Below are positions 43,115-51,867 of a stretch of 64,000 nt of DNA, piece by piece. Both the position numbers and the translations under genes were made by a program. Position 1 is the stretch's first letter; every line of letters begins with the position of its first letter. The notes beneath the pieces are model-generated. The model saw nothing but the letters and a program-made list of their open reading frames with translations. It was not told the DNA's origin and made no database searches. The DNA lies in contig OZ243916.1 in the NCBI GenBank assembly GCA_965213675.1, positions 3,488,001 to 3,552,000 of the forward strand. Reading direction: 5' to 3'. This DNA comes from an uncultured Candidatus Binatia bacterium (GTDB lineage: Bacteria; Desulfobacterota; Binatia; UBA9968; JAJDTQ01).

Positions 43115-43325
43115 GATGCCTGTTCCTTTCTTTCGTGACGGTGGGTTTCGCCGTTCATCATTCGTTTCGGGATACCTGTCGGGTCTGCCGGGGTCAATGG
43201 TGGACCGGCCGCCGCCGGCCCTCCCGGACCGTGCGCCCCTGGTTATCAATGGAAGTGGCCTGAGACGCCGTGTCCTTCCGACCGGAGAACCTCCCGTATC
43301 CCGGACCTTCGGGGACGGGACGCCG

Positions 43326-44078
43326 TCACATCAGCGCCCGGGCCGACCGCACCATGATGTAGCATCCCAGCGACAACAGGGCGATGTAGAGCACCTGCCG
43401 GAATCGTTCCTCGGAGAGCCGCCGGCGGATGCGCCGGCCCGCGATCATGCCGGCGGCCGCGGGCAGCAGCGCCGCCCCCGACCACGCGGCGTAGGAGAGA
43501 TCGAGCAGGCCGGTGCCGCGGAGCGCCAGAGCCAGAGCCACGGTCGATAGCGTGAAGAAGATCCCCATGGCCTGCACCAGCATGTCGCGGGCCAGCCCGA
43601 TGGCTTGCAGGTACAGGACCCCAGGCACGACGAAGGAGCCGGTCATGCCGGTCACGACTCCGTTGACGGCGCCCAGCAGCGGCCCCGCCCATGTTTCCTG
43701 CCTGGGCGCGAGGGCGAACCGCGCGCCTGCCAGGTTCAGCCCCGCGTAGACCGCCAGCAAAAGCCCCAGCAGCGCGGACAGCCACGTCACGTCGATCCGC
43801 GACAGCGCCAGCGCGCCGATCCATACCGTGCCCGTCGCCGTGGCCAGGAAAGGCCAGATGCGCGACAGGATGGCGCGGCCGTTGCCGCCCACCGCCGCCT
43901 GCCAGACGTTGGTGACGAAGGACGGCGCCAGCAACAGCACCATGGCCGTTGTCAGATCGAAAGCCACGGTCAGCAGGCCAAGACTCACCGCGGGAAGACC
44001 GAACCCCACCAAGCCCTTGACGCCGCCCGCGATCAGAAACACGGCAAAGATGATGGCGGTGGTCAGAGGGTCGGACAT
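43326..44078 (-). CDS. TauE/SafE family sulfite exporter
   Basis: AGGVKGLVGFGLP, GVVTGMTGS, highly hydrophobic. Confidence 0.88.
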   Translation of the reverse strand: MSDPLTTAIIFAVFLIAGGVKGLVGFGLPAVSLGLLTVAFDLTTAMVLLLAPSFVTNVWQAAVGGNGRAILSRIWPFLATATGTVWIGALALSRIDVTWLSALLGLLLAVYAGLNLAGARFALAPRQETWAGPLLGAVNGVVTGMTGSFVVPGVLYLQAIGLARDMLVQAMGIFFTLSTVALALALRGTGLLDLSYAAWSGAALLPAAAGMIAGRRIRRRLSEERFRQVLYIALLSLGCYIMVRSARALM

Positions 44079-44623
44079 TCCGGCACCAAGCGGCACGGAT
44101 GGGAGCGGTGCGGCACGGAGCCGGTGATGGGGTCGATGATGTTGTTGTCGATGATGACCTGGCCGGAATGGCCCGTGTCCGCCTCCGGGCGCACGGAGCG
44201 CCCGCCCTCCACCGTGGCCACGGTCTCGCAGCAGGACTGGATCATGGCGCGATACGTGCGAATCTGGCGAGCATTCGGGGATGCTACCAAAACCGGCGCC
44301 AGGGTTCGACCGCCCGATGACGGTTCAGGCCGTTGGGACCGGCTCGCCCTCTCTCCAGGAGTCGGCAGTCGAACGCCATGCGGCGCCGGTCTTCGGACAA
44401 GGGAACAACACGCTCGACATCCAGATCAGCCTGCGCAACCGCTGTCGGACACCTCCGCATACAACATCCCGTTTCGGGGCCCAAGCCGATATTCCTCGAT
44501 CTTCTCTCCTTCCGTCGGTATCGAGAGAACGAACACTGCACGGGTCATCGTCAGTTTGTGCAGCTCTCAGGCATTGGAAACGCCACGGAAGCTTGGCAAT
44601 CTTCCCAAGGCCACGTAACTCCG

Positions 44624-44629
44624 TATAAT
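44624..44629 (+). promoter_or_regulatory. Putative -10 box for a leaderless higBA transcript
   Basis: Perfect TATAAT 7 nt upstream of the GTG at 44637; no SD sequence visible. Confidence 0.5.
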
Positions 44630-44636
44630 TGACGAT

Positions 44637-44957
44637 GTGCTGTTCATTGAGACATCGGCGTTTACCAAGCATCTGCCATCATACCTCGATGACGACAGCT
44701 ACGCGGCACTTCAGGCGCTGCTCAGCGTACACCCGGACGCCGGCGACATTATTCGCGGGACGGGATGCATCCGGAAAATCCGCTGAAGGTCGAAGGGTCG
44801 AGGCAAACGAGGCGGCACTCGGGTAATCTACTATTGGCGCGTCCGGGAAAACCACATCTACCTGCTCACATTGTACGGTAAGGGTGTCAAGGATGACCTG
44901 ACATCAGCCGAAGTGGCGGCTTGGCGCAAAGTCGTAGAGGAGATCGGCGATGGCTGA
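44637..44957 (+). pseudogene. HigB-2/RelE-family toxin with a nonsense mutation
   Basis: MLFIETSAFTK...GTGCIRKIR*RSKGRGKRGGTRVIYY; TGA at 44784-44786 where the family usually has Trp; absent from the ORF track. Confidence 0.85.
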
Positions 44958-45264
44958 ACGCAATATCGCCATGGAGGTCCTGAAAGGTCTGCACGAGGTT
45001 CGGGAACATCGGGCTGGCCGTCGGACGCTCCGAACCACCCGTGTGGAGGTGAAACCACTGCCTGCACTCACGCCTGAAATGATCAAAAGTGTTCGCGAGG
45101 ACCTTGACGTGTCGAGAGCCGTTTTCGCCCACCTGCTGCGTGTGCCGGTGCGAACCGTCGAAGGCTGGGAGCAGGGCAGGTCGAAACCACCCGACACCGC
45201 CGCAGCCCTCATGCTCATGGTCAGGAAGTACCCGGATACGTTCGACCGGCTGGCGTCGTTGTGA
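44950..45264 (+). CDS. HigA-2-like HTH (Xre) antitoxin
   Basis: IKSVREDLDVSRAVFAHLL.VPVRTVEGWEQGRSKP; overlaps the toxin stop codon. Confidence 0.88.
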   Translation: MAERNIAMEVLKGLHEVREHRAGRRTLRTTRVEVKPLPALTPEMIKSVREDLDVSRAVFAHLLRVPVRTVEGWEQGRSKPPDTAAALMLMVRKYPDTFDRLASL

Positions 45265-45297
45265 GGCAACCCGTCAATTAACCAATTCAGCGCGGCG

Positions 45298-45381
45298 ATG
45301 AAATCTTACCCCGTCCAGCTCGAAATCTCCGGCCCGTCGGCGATGTGGACGCGGCCGGATACCGGATCATCTCACTTGTAG
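45298..45381 (+). pseudogene. Truncated cas5-like N-terminal fragment
   Basis: MKSYPVQLEISGPSAMWTRPDTGSS resembles the Cas5 N-terminal motif (G..A.[FW]TRP); stops after 27 codons. Confidence 0.6.
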
Positions 45382-45450
45382 CCAGGACGGTGACAAGCTT
45401 GCTCAATAGGGTCGTTTCCCGAACTCGCAAAGTCGACCTCGAGTTCTCTG

Positions 45451-46155
45451 CTACCCTCCGAACGTCGACTGGTAGTCTTGCCACGCCTTGGGGCCGGCGC
45501 GGTCGAAGACCTTTTCGCGGAGCCCGCCGGCGTACTGGGCGGGGATGAAGTTGATCTTCTCGGTGAGGGAGGGTTTGAGGCGCACGCCTTGGGCGCGCAG
45601 TTCATCGGCCATGACGAGGTTGTCGAAGACCACGCGAATTTCGTCATGGTCGGTCCACATGGCCTTGTAGACGATGCGGCCTTCCTTGCTGACGATATAG
45701 ACCATGTTGGGAAGGACGCCGTAGAGCTGGTGCACGGTGCCTTGGAGGTCGTCGACGAGAAGCGGGTTCTCGATGCCGTCCTGGTCCCGGCAGTGGCGCG
45801 CGTATTCCAGCTTTTGTTCCATGTCCTTGTGGGGGCCGTAGTGCTCACCGGGATGGGGCTCGCGCACGTAGATGGTGAGAAACTCGAAACCCTTGTCGCG
45901 ATAGTTCCGGTACATTTCGTTGAGGGGCGAGACCTCGCCCACGAACGGCGGTCAGGTGATGCTGCCGAATTCCAGCAGCACGTGCTTGCGGCCCTTGAAC
46001 GCGGAGAGTTTGACCGGTTCTCCTTCCAGGGCGGGAAGGGTGAAGTCCGGAGCTACCTCCCCGGCCCGCAGGCGTGCGGCAAATTCGCCGGCCTTGGCGG
46101 CACTCTCCGACCGGTCGAAGGTTTCGTAGTTGTAGGCGCTGACGGGTTGACTCAT
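45451..46155 (-). CDS. Deiodinase-like thioredoxin-fold selenoprotein (UGA at 45954-45952)
   Basis: Two in-frame track ORFs join through TGA: APDFTL...FGSIT-U-PPF...IYVREPHP; SECIS-like hairpin follows; SD AAAGGAG. Confidence 0.9.
45916..45945 (-). promoter_or_regulatory. Bacterial SECIS element
   Basis: gggcgAGGUCUcgccc stem-loop begins 11 nt after the UGA; lower stem uucgu/acgaa. Confidence 0.82.
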
Positions 46156-46350
46156 TGTGGACTCCTTTGCCTTTGTGGGGGCCGCGGCGCGGCCCGTCCG
46201 AATTGCGCGATTCCAATACCGGCGGTGGGACCGGGAAAAGCGGCCCGCGTTTTCGAAAGACAGTTGCAGGCGCGCTTTATCGGTGCGGCGTCCCGTGCGA
46301 CGGGTTCGCCGCATGGTCTCGGGGTGGGGCGCTCTTCCGTGCTGCCGTGT

Positions 46351-47322
46351 TCACACACGCGCGTCTTCCGCGAGGACCTCCACCAGTTCCCGCATGTCGC
46401 CTGGCATGGGCGCCGTCCATGCCGTGGACTCGCCCGTTTCCGGATGGCGCAGGCCCAGCCGCTCCGCGTGCAGGGCTTGCCGTTGAAAGCCGCGCAGCAG
46501 GTTCGCGACGCGCGGCCCCTGGCCCTTCAGGGCGCCTTCGCTGCGCCCGCCGTAAACCGGGTCGCCCACCACCGGATGGCTGATGTGGGCCATGTGCACG
46601 CGGATCTGATGGGTGCGGCCGGATTCCAGGCGGACCTGCAGCAGCGTGTGACTCCGGTATACGGCCTTTACCGCGTAGTGGCTGATGGCCTCCTTGCCGC
46701 GCGGCTGCACCGACATGCGGGTGCGGTGAACCGGGTGCCGGCCGATGGGCGCCGTGACGGAGCCGCCGGTTCGGACGAGGCCGCGCACCAGCGCCAGGTA
46801 TTCGCGCTTGATGCGCCGCGCCTGCAACTCCCGCACCAGCCGCAGGCGCACGGCGTCGGTCTTGGCCACCACCAGGAGGCCCGAAGTGTCCTTGTCCAGC
46901 CGGTGCACGATGCCGGCCCGCGGCACGGCCTCGAGGGACGGGCAGTGGTGCATCACGGCGTTGAGCAGCGTGCCCTCGGGATTGCCCGCCCCCGGGTGGA
47001 CTACCATTCCGGGCGGCTTGTGGACCACCAGCAGGGCGTTGTCTTCGTGGACGATTTCAAGCGGGATGGGCTGCGCCTGCCAGGGAACCTCTGCGGGCTC
47101 CGGCATGTGCATCTCGATGCGGGCTCCGGCCACGACCTTGTCCGAACATCCGGGGATGCTGCCTTCGAGATGCACATGCCCGTCGCGCACGAGCCGCTGA
47201 AGGCGGGAGCGCGAGTGGTCCGGCAGGAGCGCCGCCAGCGCCGCGTCCAGACGTTTCCCGTGGAGCGTCCGGGGCACGATCAGGCGTATTGCGGGCGCGG
47301 GATCTTGAGGGATGGCTCCCAT
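46351..47322 (-). CDS. rluD: 23S rRNA pseudouridine synthase RluD
   Basis: S4 domain RLDAAL...SRSRLQ, KPPGMVVHP, GIVHRLDKDTSG, GRTHQIRVH. Confidence 0.92.
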   Translation of the reverse strand: MGAIPQDPAPAIRLIVPRTLHGKRLDAALAALLPDHSRSRLQRLVRDGHVHLEGSIPGCSDKVVAGARIEMHMPEPAEVPWQAQPIPLEIVHEDNALLVVHKPPGMVVHPGAGNPEGTLLNAVMHHCPSLEAVPRAGIVHRLDKDTSGLLVVAKTDAVRLRLVRELQARRIKREYLALVRGLVRTGGSVTAPIGRHPVHRTRMSVQPRGKEAISHYAVKAVYRSHTLLQVRLESGRTHQIRVHMAHISHPVVGDPVYGGRSEGALKGQGPRVANLLRGFQRQALHAERLGLRHPETGESTAWTAPMPGDMRELVEVLAEDARV

Positions 47323-47546
47323 GGAGATGAAGGGTAGTGGCGACGCGCCGGCTGATGCGTATCGGACCAGACCAAGCCAAACCTTGTTCCTTTCGTTTGC
47401 CGATTGCAACGGAAACCGCCTCTCCGGCGGTAAAATAAATGAGGCAATGGACCCTTGAAGAGACGGGGCCTGTCCGGTCGGGCACCCCTTGGAATCGCAC
47501 CGCAACCCACATTGACGGCCGTGCGGCCGGGCCGTAGACTCGGACG

Positions 47547-48908
47547 ATGGACCTGCGAACCTACCTCGACTCGGTCAAGCGCCTCGCACCGGAACGCCTG
47601 GCGGTGGTGACGGACAAGCACGACATCCACCTGGAAGTCTGCGCCATGATCGCGGACCTGGAGAAACGCAAGCGCGAGCCGCTGCTGCTTTTCTCCAACA
47701 TCGACAACCTGAGCGGCGAGCCGTCGGAGTTCCCGTTGCTGATGAATGCGTTCGCCTCGCGCGCGGCCTGCGCCGTGGCCCTGGGGCTGGCGCCGGCGCA
47801 GTCGGGCCGCGAATTGATGATGGAGTTCCAGGCGCGCGAGAACCGGCGCGAGAAGCCGGTGGTGGTGGACGCCGCGGAAGCCCCGGTCAAGCAGGTCAGG
47901 ATGGACCCCAACCTGCACTTCCTGCCGGTGCTGACGCACCACACCGCCGACCTGGGCCCCTACCTGACCATGACCTGGGCCGCCCGCGACCCGGACACGG
48001 GCATCTACAATTCGTCGTTCCACCGATGCTACGTGCGCGACCCCAACCACTTGGTGATGTTCTTCGAGCGCCGCCACCTGTGGGACTACTACGTGCGCGC
48101 GGAGGCCCGTGGCGAGGCGCTGCCGGTGGCCTGCGTCATCGGCCACCACCCGGCCTACTACCTCGGCAACTGCATCCTCAACGGCATCGCCGAGGACGAG
48201 TACGAGAGCATCGGCGGACTCATGGGCGAGCCCTTGCGACTGGTGCCTTCGGAGACTTTCGGCGACGCGCTGCTGGTGCCTGCGGACGCCGAGATGATCA
48301 TCGAGGGGCGCGTGCTGCCGCACCAGCGGGAAGTGGAGGGACCGTTCGGCGACTTCACCGGCCTGTACGGCGCCGCGGGGGCATCGCCGGTGGTGGAGGT
48401 CACCGCCATCACCCACCGCCAGGGCGCCATGTGCATGGACATCCTGGCGGGGCACCGCGATCACCGTCTGCTGGGAGCGGTGCCCAAGGAGGGCAGCATC
48501 TACCGCAACGTGCGCGCGGTGGTGCCCACCGTCCATTCCGTGTGCCTGCCCCTGAGCGGCGCCGGCCGGTTCCACTGCTACATCAGCATCGACAAGCGCT
48601 GCGAGGGCGAGGCCAAGCTCGCCGCCATGGCCGCGTTCACCGCCTCGGAACTCATCAAGCACGTGGTGGTGGTGGACGCCGACATCGACGTGTACGACGA
48701 AGAAGAGGTGCTGTGGGCGGTGGCCACCCGGGTGGACGCGGCCACGGACATCGCCATCATCGACCGCGTCAAGGGCAGCCGCCTGGACCCGGTGCATCCC
48801 GGCAAGGACTGGGGCTCCAAACTCATCATCGACGCCTGCCGCAACGAAGAAATCGCGTTCCCGGAACGCCTCGCCGCCGCCCCGTACCGGCCGAAGGGAC
48901 GGCGATAG
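47547..48908 (+). CDS. UbiD-family (prFMN-dependent) decarboxylase
   Basis: VPADAEMIIEG, EGPFGDFTG, VVVVDADIDV, VLWAVATR, SRLDP. Confidence 0.92.
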   Translation: MDLRTYLDSVKRLAPERLAVVTDKHDIHLEVCAMIADLEKRKREPLLLFSNIDNLSGEPSEFPLLMNAFASRAACAVALGLAPAQSGRELMMEFQARENRREKPVVVDAAEAPVKQVRMDPNLHFLPVLTHHTADLGPYLTMTWAARDPDTGIYNSSFHRCYVRDPNHLVMFFERRHLWDYYVRAEARGEALPVACVIGHHPAYYLGNCILNGIAEDEYESIGGLMGEPLRLVPSETFGDALLVPADAEMIIEGRVLPHQREVEGPFGDFTGLYGAAGASPVVEVTAITHRQGAMCMDILAGHRDHRLLGAVPKEGSIYRNVRAVVPTVHSVCLPLSGAGRFHCYISIDKRCEGEAKLAAMAAFTASELIKHVVVVDADIDVYDEEEVLWAVATRVDAATDIAIIDRVKGSRLDPVHPGKDWGSKLIIDACRNEEIAFPERLAAAPYRPKGRR

Positions 48909-48973
48909 CGAATGTTCGCTTTCGCGAATTCCTGCGGCGCAAGTTCGTCGATGGGTTTGGGAGATGCGCCGGG

Positions 48974-49357
48974 CTATAGAAATTTGACGAGGGCGACGAT
49001 CAGGCCGCCTTGGGCGATCAGCGCGCCGAACAGCCATTTCACAAGGTCGGCCTTCACCGCCTCGATGGTGGCGCTGTTTTCGTGCCGCAGGGTTTCAATG
49101 CCGGCCTTGGTCTCCTGCCGTAGGGTTTCAATGCTGGCCTCAACTCTGGCGATATCGGCCTTGGTTTCCTGCCGCAGTGCATCGATGCCGGCCTTGGTTT
49201 CCTGCCGCAGCGCTTCTACATCGGCTTTGGTGGCGAGGTTGGCGTTGAGGAGGGCGACATGCTCTTCGGCGAGCGTCTCGGCCTGCTTCTCGGTGAAGCC
49301 ATTCTCGGTCAGGCGCTTGACAAAGCGATGAGTGTCGAATGCGATGGCCTCGGCCAT
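48974..49357 (-). CDS. DUF1640/CCDC90-like coiled-coil protein
   Basis: FDTHRFVKRL..GFTEKQAE, LATKAD, 11-aa repeats, C-terminal TM KWLFG. Confidence 0.85.
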   Translation of the reverse strand: MAEAIAFDTHRFVKRLTENGFTEKQAETLAEEHVALLNANLATKADVEALRQETKAGIDALRQETKADIARVEASIETLRQETKAGIETLRHENSATIEAVKADLVKWLFGALIAQGGLIVALVKFL

Positions 49358-49446
49358 GGCACGATCATATCAACCCCACCGGGGCGGGACAAGGACACGG
49401 CGGGTAAGACTGCACAGCGCGGCGGCGGCTACCGGAACGACCGCGC

Positions 49447-50331
49447 TCACGGCGCGGGAACCCATCTGAGCCTCACAAACACGCGCCGCCCGACCTGGCC
49501 GTCCTCCATCGCGGTGTCGGCGACTTCGAAAAACCCCTTCTCCAGAGTCTCACGGTCAAGCTTGACGACGGTGCTGTAACAGCGGTCGTCTTCCATGGCG
49601 TCATCCTCCCACAGGACGACGACGAGGTCGTCGTCCGGGTAGACACGCAACGTGGCGGGTCTCCCGGGGCTTGACCGCATCCGCAGAAGGGACCTCAATC
49701 GACGCCATTCCTTCACCAGATCCTGCCCTTCGCGCAACATCCGAAATTCCGTCTCCGAAAGAGCTTCCCTGGATTCAAACCGTTTCACCGTACGCCTGTA
49801 GGGGAAACTCCGCGCATTGCTCTTGAGTTGTTCGGCTCCCGTTTTTCCGTGGAACACTTCAAGTGCCAACAACCCGGCATCAAGCTTTCCCATGAGCGCC
49901 ATCCACTGGGCATCGTCAAGGACGGTGCCTTGCGCTCGACGAGCTCGCCTCGCAGCGTCGTAAAAGGGCTTCCTGGCCGCCCGCAACTTCGTCAACATGT
50001 CCTCCTCCGCGAAGGAAAGCGGACGGGCGCGGCTCCTGGACTCCCGCTTGGCCAAGGTTCTGAGCTTGCCCAAGGCGCTGCTCATTTTACCATAGCCGAC
50101 GACCTTCTTGGTTTTCCTTTCAACGGCCTTGACCTGTTTCCGAATCGCCGGGTCCGCGCGCGTGACAACCACGTAGTACTCCGGCCCCGAGTGGGTGTCG
50201 CCACACCATGCCGGGCCTCGTTGGATATGGGCCGACAAAAGGTACGCGGGTTTTGCCGTCTGAGCCTGGACGTCCACGGCGCTCAGGCCCAGCAGTGTCA
50301 TCGCCATCACCCCGCAGATCCATGAACGCAT
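49447..50331 (-). CDS. Hypothetical exported protein
   Basis: Signal peptide ending VQA; GGAGG-like SD; 294-aa ORF. Confidence 0.65.
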   Translation of the reverse strand: MRSWICGVMAMTLLGLSAVDVQAQTAKPAYLLSAHIQRGPAWCGDTHSGPEYYVVVTRADPAIRKQVKAVERKTKKVVGYGKMSSALGKLRTLAKRESRSRARPLSFAEEDMLTKLRAARKPFYDAARRARRAQGTVLDDAQWMALMGKLDAGLLALEVFHGKTGAEQLKSNARSFPYRRTVKRFESREALSETEFRMLREGQDLVKEWRRLRSLLRMRSSPGRPATLRVYPDDDLVVVLWEDDAMEDDRCYSTVVKLDRETLEKGFFEVADTAMEDGQVGRRVFVRLRWVPAP

Positions 50332-51039
50332 CGCTGCCCTCCCACCATTGCAACCCGGAACGCACCGGCTCCGTCCGGATTCTCCGTCAAGACCGTACGG
50401 CGTGCAAAGAACCTCCGCCGCCGCACGTTCCGGTGAATCCCGCCACCGGACTCCCACGCCGACCCATCAGTGCTGCCTGTCCCGCCCTCGAAACCGGCTC
50501 ATGTTGACCAGGCGCAGCTCTTTCGTGAGCACGTCGCCTTCGTCAAAGCACTTTAACAAGGCGTGAATTCCGGGGCAAAACGCTTCGTGGTCGAGCGGGC
50601 CATGGCTTCCCATACCCCCGCGGCCGGAAACACACGGGCCGCAGACCCACCAAAAAACGATTCGCTTTTCACTGCTTCTCCGGCTAACTTCGAAAAGCTT
50701 CAGCCCCTCAGGGGGCTCAAGCGTATGATTGGGTAGCGTCGAGCGCCCGTGACGGCTACCGTCAACCGTTCGCGCCACGCCGCCACGCGCCAGCGCACGG
50801 TGTTGGCCATGTGTTGATCGGGTTTGAGGTGTTCCGCCCGGGTCTCCGGGCAGGTATTTTTTAGTGAGTACATTCAAGTAGTTGGAGACGAAGCGGCGCA
50901 GGATTCAAGCTACAGGGCCGCGTTTCGAACCCGCCCGTATGGCACCGCCTGGGGGAATGCAACGCAGCCGTCTTCGAAGATTGATTACCGCGGTGAACAT
51001 CATGGAAAATGTGGACAATCCGGAGCATCGGTCTGGGCG

Positions 51040-51514
51040 GATGACCGGCCAGGCAATGCGGGAGCCGCGTGTCCACGTGGCACAGACCGCGTGCGCCGGG
51101 AGCGATGCGGGTTGGCGCATCGTCTGGCGTGTCACGAACCTGACGGCCTCGGATTTGAGGTTGCTCGACGCGCGTTTCCCGCACGGGCAGTTCCGCGGCG
51201 GGCTTATGGAACTCGGCGGCATGCGGGTCGCGCCGTCGGAGAGTGCCGCCCTGGAGGCGGTGGTGGCTTGCCGAGGCAGGCGCGGCGACGTGGTGGAGAA
51301 TGCCTTTCTGATCGCCACCGTGGAATGGCGCGAGCACCGTTGGCGCGTCCTGGCGCGCTTCACCGTGCGCTTCGCCGCGGACGGGTCGCCCGCCGCCACC
51401 ACGGAACTCGTGACGGTTCAGCGGGTGGGTTTCTCGCGCCCCCAGGAGCCTGCGCCGCAGGCTCCCAGCGTCGAGCTTCAGTGTCCGAAGGTTGACGAAA
51501 CGCCAACGGGATGA
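51040..51514 (+). CDS. Hypothetical beta-rich protein (start uncertain)
   Basis: High-GC3 ORF; WRIVWRVTN, PHGQFR, VENAFLI. Confidence 0.6.
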
Positions 51515-51625
51515 CACTCATGGATCAGCGCCATGGGGCATTCCTTGAAAGGGACCGTGGCGAGACGGATCCGGCTACGGCATCGCGACAGGATCGAGGC
51601 GGTTCACCGCCTCTGAAGGGACAGC

Positions 51626-51841
51626 ATGACGGAACGGGAGAGCTATATCTTCAAGCGCATGGGCGGCTGATACCGCAATTGAGGCCTCGGCTTCGAAGAG
51701 ACCGCGGGTATGGTCTCCAACACGCTTGACATGGAACTCGACGACCTCGTCGCGACGCTGAAACGCGTCCGGGAAACTTCCGGCGCGGCCCCCGAATACC
51801 TGGAACTGCGCGCGCCGCTTCCGGACGACTGGCCCATCTGA
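51626..51841 (+). CDS. Candidate 71-aa selenoprotein with two in-frame UGA (U15, U19)
   Basis: SD AAGGGA; MTERESYIFKRMGG-U-YRN-U-GLGFEETAGMVSNTLDMELDDLVATLKRVRETSGAAPEYLELRAPLPDDWPI; host-like codon usage on both sides of the UGAs. Confidence 0.68.
51698..51717 (+). promoter_or_regulatory. SECIS-like hairpin
   Basis: gagaccg-cgggua-uggucuc; apical loop 22 nt from UGA2 and 34 nt from UGA1, with G in the second loop position. Confidence 0.55.
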
Positions 51842-51867
51842 AGGACCGCGCGAGGGCGGTGTCGTGC

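Noticed and set aside
44120-44250. Possible RND adaptor gene remnant (GQVIIDNNIIDPITGS, minus strand)
   Set aside because: Too short and weak to support without a search.
44784-44786. Selenocysteine reading of the higB TGA
   Set aside because: The position corresponds to Trp, not Cys, and no convincing SECIS hairpin follows.
51511-51729. 72-aa track ORF overlapping the double-UGA gene
   Set aside because: It has poorer codon bias and no recognisable features; the UGA-containing frame has the SD and host-like codons.
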